From an uncultured Candidatus Saccharibacteria bacterium (GTDB lineage Bacteria > Patescibacteriota > Minisyncoccia > Phycocordibacterales > JABMNX01): DNA of 64,000 nucleotides. The notes beneath the pieces are model-generated. The model made no database searches and was not told the origin of the DNA. It saw only the letters and a list, made by a program, of their open reading frames with translations. A program made the translations under genes and the position numbers. How positions within the stretch are numbered: the stretch's first letter is position 1; each line of letters opens with the position of its first letter. Positions 50,817 to 62,930 of the stretch are shown here, one piece after another. The stretch is taken from the NCBI GenBank assembly GCA_964575755.1, contig CAZNRH010000003.1, positions 2,303 to 66,302 of the forward strand. The letters run 5' to 3'.

Positions 50817-51053
50817 TTACAAAATGACCGTAACTACATCGTTTTTAATATAGCACTCTCCATTTATATTTTGTATAATTTCACTTTCTTTGTTTGATTG
50901 TCGCAAGGAAATATTCCCTTTTTGCAATAAAATAAAAGATTCAGCATGACCGGGTAATATTTGCATCTGGCCAGAAAGTGCCGGTAGCGTGATGCTCTGC
51001 ACATTTTTATAAACTGTTGTTTTTTGAGGTGATGTAATCGTGCAACTAATCAT
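50817..51053 (-). CDS. atpC: F1 ATP synthase epsilon subunit (beta-sandwich only, 78 aa)
   Basis: LSGQMQILPGHAESFILLQKG, with the expected position after atpD. The C-terminal helical domain is absent. Confidence 0.75.
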   Translation of the reverse strand: MISCTITSPQKTTVYKNVQSITLPALSGQMQILPGHAESFILLQKGNISLRQSNKESEIIQNINGECYIKNDVVTVIL

Positions 51054-51054
51054 A

Positions 51055-53257
<2,203 letters not shown>

Positions 53258-53261
<4 letters not shown>

Positions 53262-54739
53262 GGTTGTTGCTTTTCTTTGGTTAACAAAAATTCTTGTTTA
53301 AAATCCTTTACGATTTCTTGAATCTTTATTTGTATTTTTTCATCAAATACTCCACTTTTAATCTTTTGCAGCACATCGGGATAGCGATTTCTTACTAATT
53401 CCATCAAAAGTATTTCAAAATAGCTCCATTTCTTTTTCTCAATGTCATCAAAGAAACCTTCCTCAACCGTGTAAAACAAAATTGTCTGTTCCGGCCATTC
53501 AATGTTTGTATGTTTTTCTTGCTTTAAAAGTTCCAGCATTAAATCTCCTCTATGAATCTTTTTTTGGGCCTCATTACTTACAACCGTTTCCAGCTGGGAT
53601 AATTTTTGGAGCTCCTTGTGTTGGGCAAGAGCTAGGCGAATACCGCCCACTACTTCTTTAAGAATACTCGGTTGCGCTTGCGATCCTACGCGAGAAACGG
53701 AAAGTCCCACATTCACCGCCGGCAAAAATCCTTTCTGGAAAAGTCCATTTTCCAAGTAAATTTGCCCATCAGTAATTGAGATAAGATTAGTGGGAATAAA
53801 AGATGTGATGTCGCTTTCTTGCGTTTCAATAATCGGCAACGCGGTAAGCGTTCCGCCACCTTTTTCTTTTGAAAGTTTAGCGGCTCGTTCCAAAAGTCCA
53901 GCATGTAATGAAAAAATATCGCCCGGATATGCTTCTCTTCCCGGTGCTCGTTCAAACAAAAGTGAAATGTCCCGGTATGCCTTGGCGTGTTTTGAGAGGT
54001 CGTCATAGACAACTAAAGCATCTTTGCCATTATCGCGAAAATACTCCCCTATAGCGCATCCGACAAAAGGAGCGAGATACTGTTCCGCAAATGAAGCGCC
54101 CGCGGAAGCGGCGACAATTGCTGTGTATAAAAATGCATTATGTTCTTCAAAAAGAGAGATGAGTTCGCGAACTTTTTGTTCTTTTTGTCCGCAAATTACA
54201 TATACGCACTGTACGGGCGATTTGGCATATTTTTGATTTAATACCGTATCTATGGCAATCGTGCTTTTGCCAAGTTTTCGGTCGCCAATTATAAGTTCCC
54301 GCTGGCCTCTGCCTAATGGAAGATTGGTATCAATAATTTTTATTCCCGTAGAGAGTGGCGTTGAAACGGGTTCCCGATCAATAATTGGAGGCGCTTGCCG
54401 AAAAACAGACGTCATTTTTCCCTGAAGGCTTCCAAGTTCATCCATAGGCACACCTAAACCATCAACAACTCTACCTATAAGACTTTCTGAAATTGGTATT
54501 GAAAAAGGATGAAAACTGCGAAAGATTGGTTTTTTCAGATTAAATTTTTCATCAAAAAACAGCGCTTCAACAAAATTCTCATCAAAACCGATGACAATAG
54601 CTACCGGCATACCAACTTCATCTAAAAGTACCTCATGTAAAAATATATGGGGCAACCCTTGAATTCGGGCAACTCCAGAAAAAAAAGAAACTATATACCC
54701 GGCTTCATTATTTTTTTTAGTGATTAGATTTTTCCGCAT
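53258..54739 (-). CDS. atpA: F1 ATP synthase alpha subunit
   Basis: GDRKLGKSTIAIDTVLNQ P-loop and YDDLSKHAKAYRDISLL. Confidence 0.95.
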
Positions 54740-55100
54740 ATTTTATTTCAGATAAACGAGATTTAATTTGTTTTATAACTGCTCGTTTTTCTTGTTCCGT
54801 CTCTTGTTGGACTTGTTTTTTTATCTCTTTAGCCATATTCTTTGCCTCTTTTATAATTTCTCGCGCTCGTTTCTTTGCTTCGGCTATTTCTTTCTTTTTT
54901 TGCTCCGCAAAAGTATTTCTTTGTCGCTCCAATTTTCCATTTTGTATTTGAGCTTGTTTTAATTCATTCTCGTCTTTTTCAATCCGCTTAATAATAGGTT
55001 TATACAAAAACTTTGAAAGTAGCCATAAAAGCAACCCGAAGTTAATTATTTGAGCGATTAAAAGTTTAATATCTATACCAAGATTGCCTAAAAATTCCAT
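54717..55100 (-). CDS. atpF: Fo ATP synthase subunit b (127 aa)
   Basis: N-terminal TM helix followed by a long charged coiled coil. Confidence 0.75.
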   Translation of the reverse strand: MEFLGNLGIDIKLLIAQIINFGLLLWLLSKFLYKPIIKRIEKDENELKQAQIQNGKLERQRNTFAEQKKKEIAEAKKRAREIIKEAKNMAKEIKKQVQQETEQEKRAVIKQIKSRLSEIKYAEKSNH

Positions 55101-55103
55101 AAT

Positions 55104-55304
55104 TTAAAACCCACTAAGGGTTGAAGTATACACGCTTAGAAACTTTGGTATAACAAAAAGCATCCCTATAAGGGGTAAAACAAACACAACCAGCGAGATA
55201 ATAAGCGTCCAGAGAAAGTACTTTCGCGTCTTTTCAACCGATTTATAAATTTTCACAAGCAACTCGTCCTGTGCGTCAAACCGCTTTTTTGTTTCTTCTT
55301 CCAT
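55104..55304 (-). CDS. Small 66-aa membrane protein within the atp operon, possibly a b' stub or an accessory protein
   Basis: A single TM helix, with the expected position between atpE and atpF. Confidence 0.4.
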   Translation of the reverse strand: MEEETKKRFDAQDELLVKIYKSVEKTRKYFLWTLIISLVVFVLPLIGMLFVIPKFLSVYTSTLSGF

Positions 55305-55319
55305 AATTTCTTGTATTAT

Positions 55320-55532
55320 TTAAACAAACTTTAAGATAAGCGCGACTACCAATGCGTAAATGGCAATGGCTTCGGCAAATGCAATGGCAATAATCATTGC
55401 GAGCATAATCTTTTCAGAATTTTCTGGGTTGCGCGCCATACCTATTACTGCCGCCGCGCCAATCATACCAATGGCCAACGCAGGACCGATAGTCCCTATA
55501 GCCATCGTAAATGCTGATGAATCTTGAATCAT
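55320..55532 (-). CDS. atpE: Fo ATP synthase subunit c
   Basis: Two-helix hairpin GPALAIGMIGAAA...FAEAIAIYALVVAL, with the carboxylate being Glu. Confidence 0.9.
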   Translation of the reverse strand: MIQDSSAFTMAIGTIGPALAIGMIGAAAVIGMARNPENSEKIMLAMIIAIAFAEAIAIYALVVALILKFV

Positions 55533-55552
55533 ATTTTTATTTTAATTAGTTA

Positions 55553-56302
55553 CTAATTTTGCGCCACCGACCCTATATGGCGCATTGTGCTTGTTTTAAT
55601 AAATGTTAATGTAAGTATAGCAAAAATAAATGCCTGAATGATACCAACAAATACCTCTAAAATCATAAAAGGCAAAGGAATAATATAAGGAACTAAAAAA
55701 GCAATAACCAAGAGCAATACTTCTCCTGCAAAAATATTTCCAAATAATCGGAAAGAAAAAGAAAGAATTTTAACACTTTCAGAAATCAGTTCAAAAAAAC
55801 CAATGATAAATTTAATTGGGTTTGTGAAATTGAGGAATCGTCCTATATACTTTTTTGTTCCCAACACTTGCAAGGAAAAAAATTGAATAGCAAGAACTGA
55901 AAATAACGCCAGTGCCACTGTTATTGTCAAATCGCTATTAGGGGATCGTAAAACAGAAAATTCTCCTGCTGGGGTGTTTATAAAGAATGAACCTAAGAAA
56001 CCGGGAATAAGAGCCAAGAGATTAGCAGTAACGATAAACATAAAGAAAGTAGCTATCAATGGAAGAATTTTTTTAGACAGTTTTCTATCCTGTGTCACCA
56101 TATCAGCAAGTTTTAACAATTCAAAAACCAAAACCCTCATTCCATTGATAAAAATGTTTTTGTGATTCTGTTTTTTTAGATAGAAAACTATTCCTAAAAT
56201 ACCAAGAAGTACCGTAACTAAAATAGAGGTTAAAAAAGTATTAGTTAGAGACATGCCAGAAACAGACAAAATATATTCTGGTTGTAAGCCAATGTTAATC
56301 AT
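55553..56302 (-). CDS. atpB: Fo ATP synthase subunit a
   Basis: LSFSFRLFGNIFAGEVLL, carrying the conserved Arg. Confidence 0.9.
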   Translation of the reverse strand: MINIGLQPEYILSVSGMSLTNTFLTSILVTVLLGILGIVFYLKKQNHKNIFINGMRVLVFELLKLADMVTQDRKLSKKILPLIATFFMFIVTANLLALIPGFLGSFFINTPAGEFSVLRSPNSDLTITVALALFSVLAIQFFSLQVLGTKKYIGRFLNFTNPIKFIIGFFELISESVKILSFSFRLFGNIFAGEVLLLVIAFLVPYIIPLPFMILEVFVGIIQAFIFAILTLTFIKTSTMRHIGSVAQN

Positions 56303-56570
56303 TTTTTTCTTTATCTTTAATTAAAGGAATAAGCAAGTGATACACTTCATAAATCGTAATAACAATACCGACAACAAGACCGAGAAGCAAAAAAAATGGC
56401 TGGGTTTTAAAAAATTTATCACCCAAAACTCCTAGAAAAAGAAAACCGCCGATGGGGATAGAAATTAGAAACCCTAATTGCCACGCAATGGATAACGCGT
56501 AAAATGTTTTAAAATTATTTTTTTGGGACATAGCTTTTGTCTTTTTTATAGGAAAAAACCATAATGGCAA
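56295..56570 (-). CDS. AtpZ/AtpI-like small membrane protein
   Basis: Two TM helices, lying upstream of atpB. Confidence 0.5.
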   Translation of the reverse strand: MPLWFFPIKKTKAMSQKNNFKTFYALSIAWQLGFLISIPIGGFLFLGVLGDKFFKTQPFFLLLGLVVGIVITIYEVYHLLIPLIKDKEKND

Positions 56571-56868
56571 GTATTACCACAAGAGCGAGTAAATACAAAT
56601 ACGCCGTTTGTGATTGCGCTTTTACGGCATCATCTAGAAATTTAATAATAAAAAGAGGTAAAGCAAGAATGATACTGATTGTTAAATGCGAGCGGATAAG
56701 TGAAAATTGCCTGAGTTCTTCAATGGTATCTTCTTGCTTCTTCCTTTTTGTTTCATACTGAATAAATTCCCACAGCGTTTTTATTGCTCCGCTTACAATA
56801 ATGAGAACGCCTATAACGACGAGCACATTAACAAGTATGAAATCGACAGAAGATAGAAAATTAATCAT
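56515..56868 (-). CDS. Membrane protein (possibly AtpI-like)
   Basis: Three TM helices. It overlaps the next ORF. Confidence 0.4.
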   Translation of the reverse strand: MINFLSSVDFILVNVLVVIGVLIIVSGAIKTLWEFIQYETKRKKQEDTIEELRQFSLIRSHLTISIILALPLFIIKFLDDAVKAQSQTAYLYLLALVVILAIMVFSYKKDKSYVPKK

Positions 56869-56879
56869 ATGTTTATATT

Positions 56880-57086
56880 TTAACGCAGAAGATCATCAAT
56901 GGAAACATCAAGCGTTATTGAAATCTTCTGCAAAGTTTCTAATGTCGGGTTTTTGTTTTCCCCGGATTCGATTTTAATAATTGTATTATTAGCAACATCG
57001 GCCATTCTTGCCAATTTTTCTTGGGAAAAGTTATTTCTTTTCCTTAATTTTTTTATATTCTTTGATAATTTTGAACTATTTGACAT
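56880..57086 (-). CDS. XRE-family helix-turn-helix transcriptional regulator, the first gene of the atp operon
   Basis: NIKKLRKRNNFSQEKLARMADVANNTIIKIESGENKNPTLETLQKISITLDVSIDDLL. Confidence 0.8.
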   Translation of the reverse strand: MSNSSKLSKNIKKLRKRNNFSQEKLARMADVANNTIIKIESGENKNPTLETLQKISITLDVSIDDLLR

Positions 57087-57146
57087 ACTTATAACAGAGT
57101 AGTAATACTAAAGTAGAGGTATACATAATTATCTTCTACCAATTTA

Positions 57147-57175
57147 ATAGTACACCATTATTATATCACAGTCAA
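57147..57175 (-). promoter_or_regulatory. Sigma70-like promoter on the minus strand, with -35 TTGACT, a 17-nt spacer and -10 TACTAT
   Basis: Near-consensus hexamers located 55-90 nt upstream of the XRE gene ATG. Confidence 0.55.
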
Positions 57176-57180
57176 ATTTA

Positions 57181-57540
57181 AATAGGGAGCTGTCGCCCGC
57201 GCACGGGAAGGGTTGGGCAAGGGCGACTGTAAATATAAATAGCTCGTCCGAAAAAAATCGGTCGAAGCCCGAAAAGCAAGCGGACAAAAAGGAAGTGGGT
57301 CTGGGGGAAGGAATTTTTGCCCGCTTGCGCTTTCCGCGCCGAAGGCGCGGTTGGGGTGGAAACGCTGGGCGGGAATTGACCACTAGTCACTAAATGAAAT
57401 CATCGTCCTATGGATTCAATTTCACTAAGTGCTCCTGATCTGGACTCGCGCCCCTGCCTACGCTTCGCTACGTCAGGGAACCCGCGTTCCGTCTTTCAAT
57501 TTCTGACATCGCTCACAAAATGCACAACCCCCAGACGAAG
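57181..57540 (-). ncRNA. GC-rich (about 55%) structured block of unknown identity, a candidate ncRNA or long structured leader
   Basis: Multiple GC helices. Read on the minus strand these include a C(UUCG)G tetraloop hairpin CCGCGCC-TTCG-GGCGCGG, GGAAC-GCGG-GTTCC, and the 7-bp stem GTCGCCC...GGGCGAC. Strand is assigned on the basis of the UUCG loop. Confidence 0.35.
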
Positions 57541-57560
57541 TCTGAGGGTTGTGCATTTTG

Positions 57561-57962
57561 TGGAGATGGGGGGTATCGAACCCCCGTTCAATGAAGGGCT
57601 TATGAATGAATCTACAAAGGTGTAGTCTATTTTTTTCTGCACAAAGTGAACAGATTTAAACTTTATATGTATAAAACAAACAAAATCATATAAAGTCGAG
57701 TTTCTTGAGTTCGGTTGTAAGTCGAAACATTCTTACTTCCTAGACCGATGTTTATGACATCAAGCAAATCGTATCGGACGTCTGATTTGTTGATGGTCGC
57801 TTAGGCCTGAGCGTAAGCGAACTGGAAGTCTTTCATCTGAAAAGGTGAAAGCATTCCGAGTGCAGATTTTTTTGCATCTACATGTTCCAGCTTTTTAAGA
57901 AGTTCTGGTCTTCTACCTTGCACATACATATGCTAACGACACTGTCGAAGCCGATCATCCCC
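57561..57962 (-). ncRNA. ssrA: tmRNA (SsrA), about 402 nt
   Basis: - The 5' end GGGGATGATCGGCTTCGACAG resembles the tmRNA 5' consensus GGGGCUGAUUCUGGAUUCGACGG.
- The 3' end GGGGGTTCGATACCCCC-CATCTCC-A forms a T-arm plus acceptor strand.
- The acceptor helix carries a G3.U70 pair.
- The 3' end is followed by a 15-bp processing hairpin.
- smpB is adjacent.
- A candidate tag ORF GCA AAA ... GCC TAA begins about 88 nt from the 5' end. Confidence 0.8.
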
Positions 57963-58089
57963 CGCCTTTAATCTCGCCGGAGCCAGATTAAAGGCGGGGA
58001 AGGACCCACATATACCAGTACCGAAAAGTGTGGGCAAAGCAAGCTTTGCCCAGTTAGTGGTTTAGAAAGTCCAACCTAGTTGAACGTCT

Positions 58090-58341
58090 TTAAAATTCTA
58101 GTTGATGAATTTCCTCATCCTCATCAAATATTTTCCCAGAGGGATCTTCGTCGGTATCTTTTCCGAACTTAACACCAGAGGAAACTTCATCCTCATCGTC
58201 ATCGGTTCTTAATACAAGAAGTTCTTTGTCAGGATCTTCAGCTTCCAATTGTGCTTCTCTGTTCCTAGCAAGGAAATCTTCCCGTACTTCTTCAATCGGT
58301 ATTTCTATCATCCCAACCGGTATTTTTTTTGTAGCACTCAT
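58090..58341 (-). CDS. Highly acidic 83-aa protein lying between smpB and ssrA
   Basis: Acidic C-terminal half DDDEDEVSSGVKFGKDTDEDPSGKIFDEDEE. Confidence 0.45.
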   Translation of the reverse strand: MSATKKIPVGMIEIPIEEVREDFLARNREAQLEAEDPDKELLVLRTDDDEDEVSSGVKFGKDTDEDPSGKIFDEDEEIHQLEF

Positions 58342-58410
58342 CGCTCATCCCCTTTTTCTAATTCAACATATACTCAAACCACTTTTCGATACTTGTATAT
58401 TATTTAATTC

Positions 58411-58857
58411 TCAACGTGCTTGCTTCATTTGTCGTTCGATATCTTTCTTTGAATCACGGTCTTTGATTGTTTGTCGTTTATCACTTTTTTTCTTTCCACG
58501 AGCTATTGCAATTTCGAGCTTCAAATTTCGACCTTTATTATACACTGAAATAGGCACTATTGTCAATCCTTTTTGCAACTCTGCGCTTGAGAGCTCACTA
58601 AGCTCCTTTTTATTTAACAGCAGTTTACGCGTGCGTTCAGGGTCATAGTTTTTTGGTGTATTTGATGGTTGGTATGGTGGTATGGTTGCACCAACAAGGA
58701 AAGCCTCATTTCCACGTACAACAACATGGGACCCCTCCAAAGAGCCTTGTTTATTCCGAATGGATTTCACTTCATACCCTAAAAGCTCAAGCCCTGCTTC
58801 AAAGGTCTCTAAGATTTCGAAATCGAAATGAACTTTTTTGTTTTTTATTAATGTCAT
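58411..58857 (-). CDS. smpB: SsrA-binding protein SmpB
   Basis: HFDFEILETFEAGLELLGYEVKSIR...GATIPPY, with a basic C-terminal tail. Confidence 0.9.
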   Translation of the reverse strand: MTLIKNKKVHFDFEILETFEAGLELLGYEVKSIRNKQGSLEGSHVVVRGNEAFLVGATIPPYQPSNTPKNYDPERTRKLLLNKKELSELSSAELQKGLTIVPISVYNKGRNLKLEIAIARGKKKSDKRQTIKDRDSKKDIERQMKQAR

Positions 58858-58873
58858 AATTTTATAGATATAT

Positions 58874-59715
58874 TTACAGGAACAACGACTTCAATTTTTC
58901 ACTTGATACCATGTCACTGTAACCCATTTGATATTTTTTCTTGAGCCTCTTCCTGCTGTTGTTAAACATATTCGCATACAGTTCGCGTTTAGGTCTTATA
59001 TATATTATGTCTTCATCCTCTACGACAACATTGTTCTTTATATCATTATATAGATAGTTTCTTAAAATATCTCTCATGTGACCTGGAGTGAGTAGTGCGT
59101 ATATTCGTACGAATAAGAATTCTGTTTTTGATTTAATTTTCGAAGAATTATCTATCAATATTATTACGTCCGCACCTTCGTCTCTAGCTTTTTTTATACT
59201 ATTATTAGTATCCATAAAACCATCCACGTATCTGTTTCCATTTATATGTACTGTTCGATTAGATATCAAAGGCATGGTCTTTGACGCTCTTAATATTTTA
59301 TAGGGGTACTTTTTAACAAATTTATATCGAGCTTAGCTTTATCCTTAAAGATAGTATTAATTAAATAGTACAGGTCCATAATGTTACAAATACGCCATGG
59401 TGATATAAATCCTTTTGTTAATAGTAAGTTAAGCCAAGCGTTTTTTATATGCTCGTATTGTTTTGATACAAAATAAGCAACTGTTCCCGCACTTCCTGAA
59501 CTACCTATTACAACATGTGGTTCAGTTAGGTCATACTTATCGACAAGCGCCATGAGGGCTCCTGCACTATAAGCACATTTCATACCACCACCAGAACATA
59601 TGATTGCTATTTTCGTATCTTTTTTTGCTCCCATCTTCAGCACTATAACACAATAAAGCTTTTGTTTAAGCTGTATTCGTGTATAATGACTCAATATTAC
59701 AGACTTATATAGCAA
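58874..59715 (-). pseudogene. Patatin-like phospholipase split into two ORFs by a frameshift
   Basis: The upstream part (59290-59715) carries GGGMKCAYSAGAL and GSSGS (the oxyanion Gly motif and the GxSxG Ser). The downstream part (58874-59275) carries the catalytic VDGF Asp motif. They are in different frames and join at the A/C homopolymer stretch ACCCCTATAAAATATT. Confidence 0.6.
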
Positions 59716-59752
59716 GCAGATATAGAAAAAACACTAAAAAATTAAAAAGAAT

Positions 59753-61879
59753 ATGAAAAACAAAAAAAGTCCTAGAAATACTTATTTTAAAGGGAAAATA
59801 GGTATCAAGAAGAAAACAACTAAAGGTGCACCTAAGTTACCAGAAGGTCAGCAATTTTTTGCAAATATAATCAGTACAGTAATTATTTTCTTTATTCTTG
59901 TTACCGCATACTCTTTTATTGTTGGTAGTAATCAAAAACCAGAAGAAATTCCAATTTCTCAACTAGCACTAGATATAGAAGCGGGGATAGTCTCTTCTAT
60001 ATCTGTAAGCGGTGAGGAAATAGAGATTACATATGTAGTTGTTGAAGACGATTTTGATGTCTCGCAAGACATCATGTCCACAGACCAAGCAAAAATCGCG
60101 TCCGAAGACGTTGTGCAAGAAAGCACAGGCTCGGAGACTCCCGAAGATGCCTCCAAAGAAGAGGGTATTGCTACATCGACTACTCAATCCGAATCAGAAG
60201 AAAAAGAGGTTATCGGAGTAGTCAAAAAATCAAAGAAAGAAATCGACACTGCTCTTTCGGAGACACTCGTTAACTATGGTGTTACGAGAGAACAATTGAG
60301 TTCAGTAAGTATTGAAATAAAAAGTCCAAGTGGATTTCGTTTCTGGTTCTTAGCTCTTGTACCGTTCTTGCTACCACTTCTGCTTATTGTATTTTTAATT
60401 TGGTTCCTTTCACGACAAGTTAAAGGCTCTGGGATGCAAGCATTTTCTTTTGGTAAATCTAAAGCACGTATCATTGATCCAAATGATAAAAGTCAAAAGA
60501 TAACTTTCAAGGATGTTGCTGGAGCAAAGGAGGCAAAAGAAGAACTTATTGAAATAGTAGATTTTTTAAAGAACCCTAAGAAGTTTCTAAGTATTGGAGC
60601 GCAAATTCCTAAAGGAATAATGCTTATGGGCGCACCTGGCACAGGCAAGACTTTACTTGCTCGCGCCGTTGCAGGTGAGGCACAGGTTCCATTTTTTTCA
60701 ATCTCAGGTTCAGAGTTTGTTGAGATGTTTGTTGGAGTTGGTGCGTCACGTGTACGTGATTTATTTGAACTTGCAAAGAAAGCTGCACCAGCAATTATTT
60801 TTGTTGATGAGATAGATGCAGTTGGACGCGTGCGTGGCACAGGAGTTGGTGGAGGAAATGATGAACGAGAGCAAACTCTCAACCAAATCCTCGTTGAGAT
60901 GGATGGCTTTGAGCCAAATGAAAAAGTTATTGTTATGGCAGCAACCAACAGGCCAGACGTACTTGACCCTGCGCTACTTCGTCCGGGGCGATTCGACAGG
61001 CGTGTAACTATTGACCTACCAGACAGGAAAGATAGAGAAGACATTCTTGATATTCACGCTCGTAAAAAACCACTTCACGATGACGTTAGTCTTGAAGTAA
61101 TAGCAGAGCGTACTCCAGGGTTCTCTGGAGCGGACCTGTATTCACTTATGAATGAGGGGGCTATTTTAGCGGCACGAGAAGATCGTAAAAAGGTGACGCA
61201 GTACGACCTAATTCGTTCAATCGAAAAAGTGATGCTCGGTCCAGAGAGAAAGAGTCATGTTCTTAACAAAAAAGAAAAGAAAATTACAGCGTATCATGAA
61301 GCAGGTCATGCGCTTGTTTCAAGTGTACTTCCTTATGCTGACCCAGTTCACAAGATATCAATAATTTCACGTGGTAGTGCTGCAGGGTATACGCTAAAAT
61401 TACCGTTTGAAGACAAGAGAATGCAAACAAAAAAAGAATTTCTTGATGATATTGCGATGACGCTCGGTGGGTACATAGCAGAAAAGATGGTATTTGGTGA
61501 TATAACTACAGGTGCTTCGAGCGACCTTCAGGTTCTGACTGCATTAGCAAGAAATATGGTAACGAAATATGGTATGTCAGATGATATTGGCCCAGTTGCT
61601 TTAGAAGGAGAAAGTGGGCGTGCTCTTATGGGGTCAGGGTTAGACGGAAAAGGGTATTCAGAGAAGGTATCATCTGAAATCGACAAAGAAGTGCATGCGA
61701 TTATTGACGGAGCGTATAAAAAAGCTGAAGATATTCTTATTAAACATCGTGTTGTTCTTGATGCGATAGCTAATAGACTAATCGAGGTTGAGACTATTGA
61801 AAGGGAAGAGTTTGAGCTACTTCTAATAGCTAATGGTATTACCCCAAAGAAAAAAGAAGATATAGAGCATAGTGAGTAG
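59753..61879 (+). CDS. ftsH: ATP-dependent zinc metalloprotease FtsH with a long periplasmic N-terminal region bearing an acidic insert
   Basis: Walker [12 protein letters not shown] motif, and HEAGHAL zinc site. Confidence 0.95.
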   Translation: MKNKKSPRNTYFKGKIGIKKKTTKGAPKLPEGQQFFANIISTVIIFFILVTAYSFIVGSNQKPEEIPISQLALDIEAGIVSSISVSGEEIEITYVVVEDDFDVSQDIMSTDQAKIASEDVVQESTGSETPEDASKEEGIATSTTQSESEEKEVIGVVKKSKKEIDTALSETLVNYGVTREQLSSVSIEIKSPSGFRFWFLALVPFLLPLLLIVFLIWFLSRQVKGSGMQAFSFGKSKARIIDPNDKSQKITFKDVAGAKEAKEELIEIVDFLKNPKKFLSIGAQIPKGIMLMGAPGTGKTLLARAVAGEAQVPFFSISGSEFVEMFVGVGASRVRDLFELAKKAAPAIIFVDEIDAVGRVRGTGVGGGNDEREQTLNQILVEMDGFEPNEKVIVMAATNRPDVLDPALLRPGRFDRRVTIDLPDRKDREDILDIHARKKPLHDDVSLEVIAERTPGFSGADLYSLMNEGAILAAREDRKKVTQYDLIRSIEKVMLGPERKSHVLNKKEKKITAYHEAGHALVSSVLPYADPVHKISIISRGSAAGYTLKLPFEDKRMQTKKEFLDDIAMTLGGYIAEKMVFGDITTGASSDLQVLTALARNMVTKYGMSDDIGPVALEGESGRALMGSGLDGKGYSEKVSSEIDKEVHAIIDGAYKKAEDILIKHRVVLDAIANRLIEVETIEREEFELLLIANGITPKKKEDIEHSE

Positions 61880-61974
61880 GTTCAATAGTTGGCGATATTT
61901 TATTTTCACTTGAGTCATGAAGAATACACAAAACTCCAATGCATTACACTGGGGTTTTGTGTTGTAAATGTGTG

Positions 61975-62048
61975 TCCGCCCTCCAGGACTTGAACCTGGA
62001 ACCTCCAAGATATAAGCTTGGTGCTCTAACCAATTGAGCTAAGAGCGG
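61975..62048 (-). tRNA. tRNA-Ile with anticodon UAU
   Basis: Cloverleaf on the minus strand:
- acceptor CCGCTCT/AGGGCGG;
- D-arm GCTC-AATTGGTTA-GAGC;
- anticodon stem CCAAG/CTTGG with loop CTTATAT;
- T-arm CCAGG-TTCAAGT-CCTGG;
- discriminator A, with CCA not encoded. Confidence 0.8.
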
Positions 62049-62143
62049 TAATGTACAAAACTATACCGCAATTAAGCTTCTTATTCAAAGTGTAGTAGCT
62101 TTCGCATATAGAGCATGATAGTCTTTTTTATAGATAAAGTATT

Positions 62144-62482
62144 TTGGAGATAATTATGCAAATATACCTTGGACGACCAATCCCTCTATCTCTTCCTATT
62201 CATCACATTTTACTTGCGTTGAAGTTTGCAACAATCTTGTTGATACAGTGGGTGCTCTGGTTTATACCTGCTGTCTCAGATGCTTTTGATGAGTATTCTG
62301 GAGATGAATATCGAGGCATCATAGTACTCATCCTTTCGTCTGCCTGTTTATTTTCGTTTGCCATGCCATGGTTGCTATACTCCGACCAAGTAGTCACAGT
62401 TAGTATAAGTGTTAATATAGGCATTACGATGTATCTTTTCTTTGGTATACTCTATTTTTTACATGAACGTAAGTGGAGTTAA
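62144..62482 (+). CDS. Small integral membrane protein
   Basis: Three or four hydrophobic helices. Confidence 0.4.
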   Translation: MEIIMQIYLGRPIPLSLPIHHILLALKFATILLIQWVLWFIPAVSDAFDEYSGDEYRGIIVLILSSACLFSFAMPWLLYSDQVVTVSISVNIGITMYLFFGILYFLHERKWS

Positions 62483-62599
62483 ATAAGGCGAGTAAGTGCC
62501 CGACAGATTTTATCTGCGGGCACTTTTTCTATTCAAAAGTGTACGGTTTTTTTGTTTTTTTATCAAATCATTAAACCCGTGCGCACACGCACGGGTTTT

Positions 62600-62896
62600 T
62601 TAAGGTCCTCCATTCTTTTTTTCATATTTCTTTACAAGGACACGTGCCCTTTGCTTTTCTGAATTAAATGTTTCTGATAACACTTCGAACCCTATCAATG
62701 AGAAGAAGCGCTCAGTACATCTTAGAGAACAAAATTTAAATTCATCTCCGTTTAAATATACTACCCATTCCCACTTATTTGAAATAAAAGGTTCGACAAC
62801 ACATTCTTCAGGTGATGAATTGTACTGACAGAACCCTTGGTTTAATCCAGTCTCTGCTAAGTGACATAGAAACTTTTTTTCGCTCGCATCATTCAC
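62600..62896 (-). CDS. Hypothetical Cys-containing 98-aa protein
   Basis: ORF only. Confidence 0.3.
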   Translation of the reverse strand: MNDASEKKFLCHLAETGLNQGFCQYNSSPEECVVEPFISNKWEWVVYLNGDEFKFCSLRCTERFFSLIGFEVLSETFNSEKQRARVLVKKYEKKNGGP

Positions 62897-62930
62897 CTAC
62901 TTTCCTTTCTTGATAGTATAGAAAAATCAT

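Noticed and set aside
57150-57560. RNase P RNA or SRP RNA as the identity of the GC-rich block.
   Set aside because: The universal P4 sequence GGAAAGUCC or AGGAAAGUCCNNGCU is absent on both strands, and no GGAA-tetraloop helix-8 motif of SRP RNA is present. The block was left as unknown.
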